Notes: generated from the sequence alone by a model not told the origin. 53,978 bases of DNA from Alphaproteobacteria bacterium (GCA_047517345.1 JAKZTB010000182.1:1-53978); one strand, 5' to 3'; counted from the stretch's first letter, positions 10,977 to 20,464 are shown. A program made the numbers and translations.

Positions 10977-11897
10977 TCATGGCGATGCTTTCGCGACGAT
11001 ATTGATCGAACCGCCGTCTGGAACCAGGCGTCTCAAGACGGCCGGATCGCGCGACAGGCTTTTACCGGTCGCCTCATGGGCAAGGCTGTAATCGGCATCG
11101 CCGAGAATATCGAGCAACGCTTCCAGCGATTCTGCCCTCTCCTCGAGCGTGTAGGGCGCCAGTTCCATGACAACAACCGGTTTCTGACGTTTGAGGAAGG
11201 CAAGTCCGCCGCGCAACACATCGACCTCGAAGCCATCGACGTCGAGTTTCAGCAGTTTCACCTTTCCGATGTTCCTCGATTCGACGAATTCCGTCAGGCA
11301 GATATTCACCGCCCCGTCCGTCGGCATCGGACGGCCACCATGTTTGGCGTGCCCCTGCAGGTCCCCCGCGAGCGGCCAGCTCGAATAGAGTTCTTTCTCC
11401 AGTGGCGCCTCCGACGAAACGGTAAGCATGACTTGTTCGGCGGCGATCCGTGCAGACAGGTCGGGGTTCAAATCGATATTCGCGCGCAGTTTGCCATACG
11501 CAAAACGGGTCGGCTCCAAGGCGTATACCCGGCCGGCCGCCCCGACGAGCCTAGCCAACGGAAGGGTATGCGCGCCAATATTTGCGCCAATATCGATGAC
11601 CGTGTCGCCCGCTTCAACCAGTCCCGCGATCGCCCGAACCGTCCTGTGTTCGAAACGGCCCGTGAGGTAGATCGCAAAATCGATCCCTTCCTGCAGATCG
11701 AGGTCCCAGTTGATCGAATGCCGGCGAACCCGAGTCCGGGAATCCCGCCCCAGAACTCGCCGCATACCCAATACCGGAATCTGCAACGACCGCGCCAGCG
11801 CGAGTTTCTGCTTCGTCTTCAGGATCATGCGGTCGTTAAGCCAATATTCAAACCGAAGGCGATTCGCAGCGTGCTGCGGCAGCCAAATATGCGACAC
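10977..11897 (-). CDS. FkbM family methyltransferase
   Basis: SAM-binding motif GDTVIDIGANIGAHTLPLA and the later KLLKLDVDGFEVDVLRGG motif are typical of FkbM methyltransferases. The exact start is uncertain (several in-frame Met codons). Confidence 0.75.
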   Translation of the reverse strand: MSHIWLPQHAANRLRFEYWLNDRMILKTKQKLALARSLQIPVLGMRRVLGRDSRTRVRRHSINWDLDLQEGIDFAIYLTGRFEHRTVRAIAGLVEAGDTVIDIGANIGAHTLPLARLVGAAGRVYALEPTRFAYGKLRANIDLNPDLSARIAAEQVMLTVSSEAPLEKELYSSWPLAGDLQGHAKHGGRPMPTDGAVNICLTEFVESRNIGKVKLLKLDVDGFEVDVLRGGLAFLKRQKPVVVMELAPYTLEERAESLEALLDILGDADYSLAHEATGKSLSRDPAVLRRLVPDGGSINIVAKASP

Positions 11898-12082
11898 AAC
11901 CTAGCAACCACGGCATTTTGCGGCCCCGTCCGGAACGTACAGAACCGGCGCATCTGACGCAACTGCCATGAGGATGCCGGAGCAACGCGACTGGACGCCT
12001 CACAGGTCGACCAGCATTGGTGGCGCACCGCGCGCCGATCTGCGGTAACCTGATCATCCAATTCGATGAATTGCGGGGACCC

Positions 12083-13447
12083 ATGAACGTACAATACGGC
12101 GCTGCACCGCTCGATCTCGGCATGACGTCGGACCTTTGCGCATTTCTAGCGACGCTGAACCTCTCCGATTTGTCCGCCGCCGCCGTGCACGAGGCCCGTC
12201 GTGGCGTGCTCGATTGGATCGGCTGCGCGCTGGCCGGCAGCCAGGGTGAAACAATCGATCGGCTGCTGTCGGTCCTCGAAGCCGTCGGCGGCAAGCCGCA
12301 AGCGACCGTGCTGGCGCGGAAGCTGAAACTGGGATTGCTCGAGGCGCCGATCGCCAACGGGCAGATGGGCCATCTGCTCGATTTCGACGACACGCATATG
12401 GACGGCGTCGTCCTGCATACCAGCTCGCCGGTGCTCGCCGCCCTGTTCGCGCTGGCCGACGCGCGGTCGGTCGACGGCCGGACCTTCGTCACCGCCTATG
12501 TCGTCGGATTCGAGGCGGGTGTCCGGACCGGAAAATCCGCGCCTGCCCATCATGACGGCGGTTGGCACCTGACCGGCACGCTCGGCACCATCGCCGCGGG
12601 CCTCGCTTCGGCGCGGCTGATTGGGCTTGGCCCCCTGCAGACCACGCACGCTGCCGGGATCGCCGCGACGCAGGCCTCCGGTATGCAGCAGAATCGCGGG
12701 ACCATGTGCAAATCCTTCCATGCCGGCCGCGCCGCGTCGAACGGCGTGCTGGCGGCGTTGCTGGCCGAACAGGGGTTCGACAGCTCGACCGAGATCATCG
12801 AAGGCAAGCGGGGGTTCAGCCGCATCTACAGCGCCACGACGGATACCGAACCGCTGCTCGCCGGCTTGGGCGAGGACTGGCAGATCGCCGGGAATGGCCA
12901 CAAGCCCTATGCCTGCGGTGTCGTGCAGCATCCGCTGATCGACGCGATGATCGCGCTGGCGAAAGCGCACGGAGTGAGCGCCGACAACATCGCGTCGATC
13001 GAGGCGAAAGTGCATCCCGGCGTCATCGCCATCACCGGCGTCGAGGACCCGCAGACCGGACTCAAATCCAAGTTCAGCCTGACCCATTCGGCCGCCGTCG
13101 CCTATCTCGACCTGACCGCCGGTATCGCCCAGTATTCGGACGCGCGCGCTGTCGCGCCGGACGGCGTCGCCCTACGGAAAAAAATAACCGCTTTGCCCGT
13201 CGACCGGTTCCGTAAAGACGAAGCCGAGGTCGCGATCGAAACCGTTTCGGGCGACCGGTTTACGATCCATATCGATCACGCAACCGGCACGGTCGACAAC
13301 CCCATGTCCGACGACGCGCTGCAGGCGAAGTTCCTCGCCAATGCGGAACCGGCCATCGGCAAGGATGCGGCCCGCCGCACGGCCGACCTGATATGGCGGA
13401 TCGACGCGCTCGACGATGTCCGCGCGATCACCGGAGCTTGCGGGTGA
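12083..13447 (+). CDS. MmgE/PrpD family protein (2-methylcitrate dehydratase-like)
   Basis: ATG at 12083. Family landmarks are present across about 450 aa: GVLDWIGCALAGS, DFDDTH, HLTGTLGTIAAG and KSFHAGRAA. Confidence 0.85.
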   Translation: MNVQYGAAPLDLGMTSDLCAFLATLNLSDLSAAAVHEARRGVLDWIGCALAGSQGETIDRLLSVLEAVGGKPQATVLARKLKLGLLEAPIANGQMGHLLDFDDTHMDGVVLHTSSPVLAALFALADARSVDGRTFVTAYVVGFEAGVRTGKSAPAHHDGGWHLTGTLGTIAAGLASARLIGLGPLQTTHAAGIAATQASGMQQNRGTMCKSFHAGRAASNGVLAALLAEQGFDSSTEIIEGKRGFSRIYSATTDTEPLLAGLGEDWQIAGNGHKPYACGVVQHPLIDAMIALAKAHGVSADNIASIEAKVHPGVIAITGVEDPQTGLKSKFSLTHSAAVAYLDLTAGIAQYSDARAVAPDGVALRKKITALPVDRFRKDEAEVAIETVSGDRFTIHIDHATGTVDNPMSDDALQAKFLANAEPAIGKDAARRTADLIWRIDALDDVRAITGACG

Positions 13448-13591
13448 CCGGCGGTGTGGATAGCGATTCTAGTCGAAGCCGCACCTGCCATGGCTCTCCA
13501 TCGTGGCGCCCAAAACGGTAACCAGGCTGAGGTTCAGCAGGACCGTGATCACGAACCCGACGGCGTATTGATTCGGCAGCGTTTTCATTCG

Positions 13592-14551
13592 CTATAGCTT
13601 GCCGTCCTTCACGATTGTGACGACTTCGGGAATGCTTGCCGTGTTCGTCGGCGCGATCAGATGAACCCCGGCAATCTCGGGAATTTCGGACATCGCCTCG
13701 ATCTGTTCCGCGCAGATACGAATCCCTTCCGCCATGGGATCGTCGGCTTTTGCGAGGCGGTCGACGATAACGTCCGGAATGATGACGCCCCACAAATTCT
13801 CGCGCATCCAGATCGCCGAGCGCGCGGAGGCAAGCGGACCGTTGCTGATGAGAACGGAAAGGGATCCGGCGAAACCTTCTTCGGTCAGTATTTCCGCGTA
13901 GCTGCGAATCACGTCCAGATCGTAGCAGACTTGCGTCTGCAGAAAGCGCGCGCCGGCATCGATCTTCGCACGCAACCCGTCGCGCCATTTTTCCGATGCC
14001 TCGGTGGTCGGCGTATCGGCCGCGCCGACGAAAAAGTTTGGCGGGCCGACAATCGGGCGTGTGTTCGGCGGCGCGCCTTCGTGCGTCTTCCCTCCGAAGG
14101 AAGGCAGCACGCCGTGCGCCGACATGGTCGTCGCCAGTTCGATCAGCGCCTGGCTCGACAGATCGAAGACCGGTTTCGCGTCCGGTTGGTCGCCCGCCGT
14201 GGGATCGTCGCCGGTCAGCAGCAAGAGGTTATGAACGCCGAGCGCCGCCGCACCCAGCAAATCGCCCATCAGCGCGATGCGGTTCCGGTCGCGGCAGGTG
14301 AATTGAAGTATCGGTTCGATCCCGTTGGACGCGAGGATCGCCGCGCTCGCCAGGCTCGACATGTGCACCCGGGCGCTGGCACCGTCCGTTACGTTGACCG
14401 CATCGACAACGCCTTTCAACGGCATGGCTTTGTCGAGCAGCGTTTCGGCGCACCCGGAAACCGGCGGCGTGATCTCCGCGGTAAACGCGAACTCACCGGC
14501 CGAAAGGCGTCGAAAAAGCTGGCCGTCGATCGTCGAGCCCTGTTTCGGCAT
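13592..14551 (-). CDS. Methylenetetrahydrofolate reductase family protein (MetF-like)
   Basis: TIM-barrel MTHFR-like motifs: FAFTAEITPP, VDAVNVTDGASA, LQFTCRDRNR and LLLLTGDDP. 319 aa. Confidence 0.8.
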   Translation of the reverse strand: MPKQGSTIDGQLFRRLSAGEFAFTAEITPPVSGCAETLLDKAMPLKGVVDAVNVTDGASARVHMSSLASAAILASNGIEPILQFTCRDRNRIALMGDLLGAAALGVHNLLLLTGDDPTAGDQPDAKPVFDLSSQALIELATTMSAHGVLPSFGGKTHEGAPPNTRPIVGPPNFFVGAADTPTTEASEKWRDGLRAKIDAGARFLQTQVCYDLDVIRSYAEILTEEGFAGSLSVLISNGPLASARSAIWMRENLWGVIIPDVIVDRLAKADDPMAEGIRICAEQIEAMSEIPEIAGVHLIAPTNTASIPEVVTIVKDGKL

Positions 14552-14898
14552 CGTCTGGTATCCTTGAAATGCTGGAAAAGGAGCGTGAAGCTATACGGCG
14601 GGCCCACGATGGCAGGTCAAAACCGCAAATGCCGGGTTCCTTGATCGATATCGAATATGGCCTGCTCCATCGATAGCCGGGACCCTTTTGAAACGCGCGT
14701 TGCGCCTTGTCAATCGGCATTTCGGGCCGTGCCGGCAACAGCCTGTGATGCCAACGAGCGTTGATATTAGCCGTCCCAACCGATTCGGACCGACGCCCAC
14801 CATTCGCGCCATCGACCGATATCGTAGGCGTACCGCTTCCCCGTCAACGCCGTCAGCGCCCCGATGATCTGCGAGCGCAGCCATAGCGGATCGCCCTC

Positions 14899-16287
14899 CT
14901 AATCCAACCGTTCGATTAGCGCTTTGACCGTCGCCGCATCTTTCTGGCCGGCGGCGGCCACCGCCCATATCGCCGCAAGCTGCGGGTCGAAATATTTTTC
15001 GAATGAATTAGCAGCAGTCTTCCAAGACAGAGAGAGAATCGCGGCGGGGATCTCCTGTCGCTTGGACAATCCCATAGCCCAGAAAAGCAAGGTTTGCGCG
15101 ATGTCGCTTGCTTCGACCGGGAGGCCGCCGCCGAAAGCCTTGACCGTGCCGCGCGGCGTCGATGCCTTCAGCCGTCGGGCGAAGAAACCCGGCGGTGGCC
15201 CGCGTTCGACGGCCTCGAAAATCAGTTTACGGAGCCGGCCGCGCGCGTGGTTCCGGTAATGGGTTTTGCCGCCCAGCACTTCATCGAGTTCGGCGCCCAA
15301 GCGTTGCCAATCGGTCGGTTCCCGCGTCGCGGGATAGGGCACCGGCAACGGCATCCGATCTTCGGGTTGCGGCAAGCGGTGCGGCGGCGGTCCCCAGAGT
15401 ATGCCCCGGCCGTCGTCGCCCGCCCCGGTGACATAGATTTTGCCGGCAATGACATGAAGCGAAGTGGGGCGCCCGCCCAATGCCCGAGCCTGCCGGGTCC
15501 AACCCGTACCTTCCGGACTCGACCAGAGCCAGCCGTCGCGCGAGACCGCCCACAATCGCTGTCCGTCGCCGGTGAGATCAATCGGTGAGAATTCCAAATT
15601 CCTTTCGCCGACCCGCTCGGATGTTTGGCCGTCGGTTCTCCAGAGCCGGTGTCCGTCCTCACCTTTCACGAGCGCGTAAAGTTGGCCGCGATGGCGGGTA
15701 AGCGCGAAAAAGTAGCGATCTTTCGGCCATCCGGGCACCGTCGTCAGGCGATCACCCGTGAAACCGACCAGCCGGATTCCGCCGGGATCCTTCAAATATC
15801 CGTATAAGGCGCCGTGCAGCACGACCGGTTCGTGGAAGCGGCTGAGCCGCCGCGCCGGTGTCGGATGGTCGTAAAGCGCAGCCCAGTCGCGGCCCCGGTT
15901 GTCCGAAACCTGGAACCCGGTACGCCACGCCGAGGTGACGAGCAAAAGCCGGTCGCGCCAGACGGCAAGCGAGTCGCTGTGGAAGATTGTCGCTGTCGGC
16001 ACCAGGAGGGGTTGCCAATTCGCGCCGTCGGTGACTTGAACCATACCCCAGCCGAACGAAAACCGGCTGTCCTCGAACGGCCAGTAAAGCAGGCCGCGAT
16101 AGACCAGCGGAACACCCGCATCCTGGCTGTACAAATGGCGCTCGTAGCGCAGCTTGCCCGAGGCCGGATCGAGACTCCAGATATCGGCCGAATTGTGGTT
16201 GCGTCCCTTGACCGAGTTGGCGAACCATATTCGGCCGCGATAGGCGATCGGTTGCGAAATTACCGGCAAACGGACCGACCCGGACAC
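14899..16287 (-). CDS. Hypothetical protein, beta-propeller-like N-terminal region plus helical C-terminal region; probably secreted
   Basis: Long ORF with ordinary amino-acid composition and repeated W/Y-G-rich strand-like segments. A good Sec signal peptide lies just upstream (16304-16384) but in a different frame (see findings). Confidence 0.55.
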   Translation of the reverse strand: MSGSVRLPVISQPIAYRGRIWFANSVKGRNHNSADIWSLDPASGKLRYERHLYSQDAGVPLVYRGLLYWPFEDSRFSFGWGMVQVTDGANWQPLLVPTATIFHSDSLAVWRDRLLLVTSAWRTGFQVSDNRGRDWAALYDHPTPARRLSRFHEPVVLHGALYGYLKDPGGIRLVGFTGDRLTTVPGWPKDRYFFALTRHRGQLYALVKGEDGHRLWRTDGQTSERVGERNLEFSPIDLTGDGQRLWAVSRDGWLWSSPEGTGWTRQARALGGRPTSLHVIAGKIYVTGAGDDGRGILWGPPPHRLPQPEDRMPLPVPYPATREPTDWQRLGAELDEVLGGKTHYRNHARGRLRKLIFEAVERGPPPGFFARRLKASTPRGTVKAFGGGLPVEASDIAQTLLFWAMGLSKRQEIPAAILSLSWKTAANSFEKYFDPQLAAIWAVAAAGQKDAATVKALIERLD

Positions 16288-16478
16288 GCACCTCCAGCTC
16301 CTGCGCGCCCGCTTGTAATGGTACTGCAGCGCTCAACAGCGCGGCTGTGAGAAAACAACGTCGAAGAACAGTTATTCTGTGCATGGCGATGGGCATCGCA
16401 GAAACGTGTGTTGCGTTGCAGCCATTTTCAGCGGAAACCCTGAGCCGGCCCAATCACGCTTGCGCGACCGGAAACAGC

Positions 16479-17282
16479 ATGCCGTCGATCACGATTCTCC
16501 TCGCGTTCATCGTTGGCGTACTGTTTTGCACCCTCCCGGCCATCGCGCAGGATTTCAATCTGGTCGCGATTCCTGCCGGCACAGCGACGCTTGGCGATCC
16601 GGACGGCGACACCAATGAAGTCACCAAGACAGTTCCAATCGCCGCGTTCCGGCTGATGCGAAGAGAGGTAACGAACCGGCAGTTTGCACAATTCGTCCGG
16701 GTCAACGCCTATCGCACGACCGTCGAAATTCTCGGCGAAGGCCATGTCTGGGAACGCCGGTGGAGACAGGAAACGTCGGCAAACTGGCGCCATCCGCAGG
16801 GCCGGCAAAGCGATCTCGCAGACCTCTATAGCCATCCCGTCGTCCAGGTTTCAGCGATCGATGCGGAGGCCTTCTGCCGCCACTACGGCATGCGGTTGCC
16901 GAGCGAGGATGAGTGGGAATTTGCCGCGCGCGGGCCGCGGGGGTTCCGTTATCCCTGGGGCAACACGCTCAATCGCGAATTTCTCCCGGACGTTGCCAAT
17001 GCCGGCACCTACGCTTGCTGCGCGCCGTCCGCATCGGACGGGTTCGCGCGCACCGCGCCGGTCGGCACTTATCCGCGCGGCCGCTCGCCCTTCGGTCTCG
17101 ACGATATGGCCGGCAATGTCTGGGAGTGGACCGCGACGCCATTTCCGGGTGCAGCCGCCGACCGCGTCATCCGCGGCGGCGGCTGGGGCAACGATCCCTA
17201 CGGCCTGCGCACCGCTTACCGGCACGGCAACCCGCCCATGATCGGCCTTGACATGGTCGGCTTCCGCTGCGCGGCGGATTGA
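16479..17282 (+). CDS. Formylglycine-generating enzyme (FGE/SUMF1) domain protein, secreted
   Basis: ATG 16479 with signal peptide MPSITILLAFIVGVLFCTLPAIAQD. FGE-sulfatase landmarks are present: HPVVQVS, RLPSEDEWEFAARG, MAGNVWEWT, RGGGW and the FRCA end. Confidence 0.85.
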   Translation: MPSITILLAFIVGVLFCTLPAIAQDFNLVAIPAGTATLGDPDGDTNEVTKTVPIAAFRLMRREVTNRQFAQFVRVNAYRTTVEILGEGHVWERRWRQETSANWRHPQGRQSDLADLYSHPVVQVSAIDAEAFCRHYGMRLPSEDEWEFAARGPRGFRYPWGNTLNREFLPDVANAGTYACCAPSASDGFARTAPVGTYPRGRSPFGLDDMAGNVWEWTATPFPGAAADRVIRGGGWGNDPYGLRTAYRHGNPPMIGLDMVGFRCAAD

Positions 17283-17489
17283 GGGACATATTTGCGCGGT
17301 CGGCGCAAGCGATGGATACGGCATGCCCGCGACGGGAACTCATAACCTGATTCGGATATTCAGTCAGCCCCGTCGCCGCGCGTAGATTTACCGAACACGC
17401 GCTATTACACTCAACTCAATGTTGGGCGACACTCAACGCAAATTGAGTGCAATCGTGTTGTCGAGTTGAAAAAGAAGGCTGTCAGGAAA

Positions 17490-18089
17490 ATGTCGGTTAA
17501 CAAGGCTGGCTGTTGCTTGTTTCTGGCGATGTTTGTGGCGCTGACGCTCAATTCCAATTCCGCGCGCGCGCATCGGTTCCATGTTGCTCTTGTTATTCCC
17601 CTGTCGAGCATCGCGGCTGTTCAGGGCCACCGGTTTCGCGAGGGCTTCGTGCTGGCGACAACGGAACGAGACGGCCATCCGGACGAGGAATCGGACGGCC
17701 ATCTCGGCGGCCTCGATGTCTACATTCGCGCGATCGATGCGCAGGGCGATGTTCGCGCCGAACTCGGGCGCATCGTGTCGCAAGGCCAGGCCGACATCGT
17801 GGTCGCCTTTGGCGCCGAGAAAACGTTACCCCTGATCGGCAAAATTATCGACGGAACGACGGCTATTTTGCTTCCGCCCGGTCAGTTCGCTTATGCCGAA
17901 TCCGGCCTGCCGGCTGAATTTATTCTGGCCTATGAAAGGAAATACGGCGCTGCACCCTCGTTACAGGCAGCACAAGGGTACAGCGCGGCGCGGCGCATCG
18001 ATATGGCCGTGCGGGCCCAGGGCGGGGTTGGGGATACAGCGTCACTGCGACGGAATTTCAAGAAGACCGCACGAAATTTTACCTGGTGA
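17490..18089 (+). CDS. Type I periplasmic binding protein-like (LivK-like), unusually short or truncated
   Basis: Signal-like N-terminus. VALVIPLSS...G and IVVAFG resemble PBP domain 1, followed directly by FILAYERKYGAAPSLQAAQGYSAARRI, which resembles a late PBP segment. Only about 200 aa versus the usual 380 or so. The start could instead be TTG 17466. Confidence 0.45.
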   Translation: MSVNKAGCCLFLAMFVALTLNSNSARAHRFHVALVIPLSSIAAVQGHRFREGFVLATTERDGHPDEESDGHLGGLDVYIRAIDAQGDVRAELGRIVSQGQADIVVAFGAEKTLPLIGKIIDGTTAILLPPGQFAYAESGLPAEFILAYERKYGAAPSLQAAQGYSAARRIDMAVRAQGGVGDTASLRRNFKKTARNFTW

Positions 18090-18283
18090 CGGAGGTGTTC
18101 TTTGCAACGCAGACCTAATCAACACGGTACCGGACATCGGGTATCCAGAATTTGAAATAACCAGCGGAATTTTAGGTATCCGGCTATTCGGTGCGCTGGA
18201 CGTTAGAGCCTGGCTCTTAGATTGGGCAGTAACCTACGCACCCCGACACCCAATAGGGTGGGCTACCGGAATTAAACATTCCC

Positions 18284-18883
18284 CTATGTGCGCTTCAAAA
18301 AACGCATCGTAATTTGCTTCAGCTTTCCTTGGCGGTCGTGTAAATTTTCCGCAATTTCCTCGATTGTATGTTCTTCCGAAGGGCAAGGGGCAATTGTTGT
18401 TAACTCCAATGCTTCGTGCGCCGGGAGGTTCTTGGTAACCAATGTTTGGCTATCCTCACACCATGATATGACGTTGCTGATCCACTGATTGGCGGAAACA
18501 CCCATACTAAGGCGATCGGTTCGAGCCATTAGATAATTTCCTCTGAATAACAGTTCTTCCAGGTCGATTTTGACCTGTTCATCGTATCCTTGAAATGTTC
18601 CGCTGTAGGTTTCAATCTGAGCGCTCTTTTCGAGATCGAGTAGGTAAGGGGCGGTCGATAACCGCCCCAGAAAGACCGCCGGAGATTCCCATTCTCTCAT
18701 TCCTGGATGAGCCTCAATGGCATCTCGGAGGGAATGCTCAAGTTGCGTCTCACCCTCTAAAGGGAATTCGATCGACATATGCCGGTTTCCATTTGTTACG
18801 ACCTCAATCGTAAACGAGTGTCGTTCACTAGAAACATGGCACCGCAGTTGTTTGACCGTGTGTCCTTCGGGCTCGTCTGCCAT
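18284..18883 (-). CDS. Hypothetical protein in a low-GC islet
   Basis: ATG 18883 is preceded by GGAGAGG. The 199-aa acidic protein has normal composition. I recognise no family. Confidence 0.5.
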   Translation of the reverse strand: MADEPEGHTVKQLRCHVSSERHSFTIEVVTNGNRHMSIEFPLEGETQLEHSLRDAIEAHPGMREWESPAVFLGRLSTAPYLLDLEKSAQIETYSGTFQGYDEQVKIDLEELLFRGNYLMARTDRLSMGVSANQWISNVISWCEDSQTLVTKNLPAHEALELTTIAPCPSEEHTIEEIAENLHDRQGKLKQITMRFLKRT

Positions 18884-19112
18884 GGCACCTCTCCGATATT
18901 GTCCCCCCAATCGTAAAGTTCAATTAAAGCGGAAGTCGAATCGGTATAACCGCCGCCTGACCGTCTTCACCGCACTGGACTAGTCGGCAGCGGCGCTGGT
19001 TGTGGCGGTATGTGGGGTGAGGCGGTACGCGGCACCGGCTTGTTCATTTTCATATGTGCCCGCGTGGCTCATGGATTATTGTCCCGCTCGTGCATTTGCC
19101 ATAGGTTGGCGT

Positions 19113-19337
19113 ATGGCTGGATCGCAAACCTTGGGCGATCTGCAAGGCCGGATGCTCGAAATCGCTTGCGACAAATGCGGGCTTTATGAACGCTACGGCT
19201 TAGCAGCGCTGATCGATATTCACGGGGCTGAGCACCAGCTGTCGGACGTGTTAGCGCATGTTACCAAAGGCTGCAAAAACGCCAAAAACACGGCTAATAA
19301 TGTCTGTGGCGCTTCTTTTCGAGGGTTGGAATCATAA
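19113..19337 (+). CDS. Small Cys-containing hypothetical protein (possible zinc ribbon)
   Basis: ATG 19113. LEIACDKCGLYERYGLAALIDIHGAEHQLSDVLAHVTKGCKNAKNTANNVCG resembles small CxxC...C...C proteins of unknown function that I recall from other alphaproteobacteria. Confidence 0.45.
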   Translation: MAGSQTLGDLQGRMLEIACDKCGLYERYGLAALIDIHGAEHQLSDVLAHVTKGCKNAKNTANNVCGASFRGLES

Positions 19338-19564
19338 GCGTTTTTCTGTGGTGAACTGCCTGCATTCCCTTGTCGAATAGCCAGGAAGGACCGCTTCCGA
19401 GGGCAACGCGGACGTTCACGCCGGAAACCGATGCTGTACGGTTATCCGGCGTGTAAGATTTTGCACCCGATTCAGGCGCAAACGGCCGATTTTGGCAGCC
19501 GATATTCGGCGTTTCATGATGCCAGACTCTAAGGGTGAATCGGCGGCTGCGGCGCGGCGACGCC

Positions 19565-20464
19565 TCACAGGTTCCCCCGCGCGGCGATGCGGTCGGCGCG
19601 GGCAATCAGGCGCTGGGCGCGGATGACGATGGGGATATCGATCATCTTGCCGTCCATCTCGAACGACCCACGGCCCGCCGCGGCCATCGCGGCATCCGCT
19701 TCGATCACCTTGCGCGCGTAGGCGACGTCTTCCGGGTTCGGGCTGAACTCCTCGTTCAGGATCGGCACGTTGGCCGGGTGGATGCAGGACGCGCCCTCGA
19801 AACCGAACTTGGCCGAATGGCGCACGACCGCCCGGAACCCGTCCAGGTCGCTGTAGTCCGCCACGGTGCCGATCAACCCCATCGGCGTCAGGCCCGCGGC
19901 GCGGGCGGCGAAGATCGATTGCTGCTTGGGATACTGGAAGACCTCGGGATCGGGTACGAAACCGCAATCGAGCGCGAAATCCTCGCCGCCGAGCAGCACG
20001 GTGTAGACCCGCGGATGCGCCTTGGCGATGTCGTTGATCGTGAAGAAGGCGTCCGCCGTCTCGACCATCGGCAGCAGCCAGGTCGACCCCACGGTTATGC
20101 CGCGCGCCGCCTCCAGTTCGCCGACCAGCTCCGCGATCAGGCGCACATGACTGGCGCTTTCGATTTTCGGCAGTTTCAAGGCGCAGATGCGCGGCGATAC
20201 GGCGGCCTCGATATCCCGCACCGCCAACTCGATCGGCCGGTTGATGCGGACCAGCACGTCGGCGCCGTTGCGCGACACCTTCTTTGCGGCGGCATCGATC
20301 AAGGTGCGGGCGTGCTCCTTTTCCGATGGCGGCACGCTGTCTTCGAGGTCGAGAATGATGCCGTCGGCGCCTCTTGTATGCGCCTTGTCGACAAAGCGGT
20401 CGACATTGACCGGGACATAGAGCAGGGACCGCCACACCGGCTTGTCGTTTGCCGTATCGTTCAT
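19565..20464 (-). CDS. HpcH/HpaI aldolase / citrate lyase beta subunit-like CoA ester lyase (CitE-like)
   Basis: CitE-family landmarks: RSLLYVP, GADGIILDLEDSV, VRIN, LLPMVET and LGGEDFALD. Confidence 0.85.
   Translation of the reverse strand: MNDTANDKPVWRSLLYVPVNVDRFVDKAHTRGADGIILDLEDSVPPSEKEHARTLIDAAAKKVSRNGADVLVRINRPIELAVRDIEAAVSPRICALKLPKIESASHVRLIAELVGELEAARGITVGSTWLLPMVETADAFFTINDIAKAHPRVYTVLLGGEDFALDCGFVPDPEVFQYPKQQSIFAARAAGLTPMGLIGTVADYSDLDGFRAVVRHSAKFGFEGASCIHPANVPILNEEFSPNPEDVAYARKVIEADAAMAAAGRGSFEMDGKMIDIPIVIRAQRLIARADRIAARGNL

Noticed and set aside
14552-14898. SAM-type riboswitch in the 347-nt leader of the MetF-like gene.
   Set aside because: Reading the minus strand, I could not find SAM-II or SAM-V pseudoknot signatures. 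A covariance-model scan would be needed, so nothing is called.
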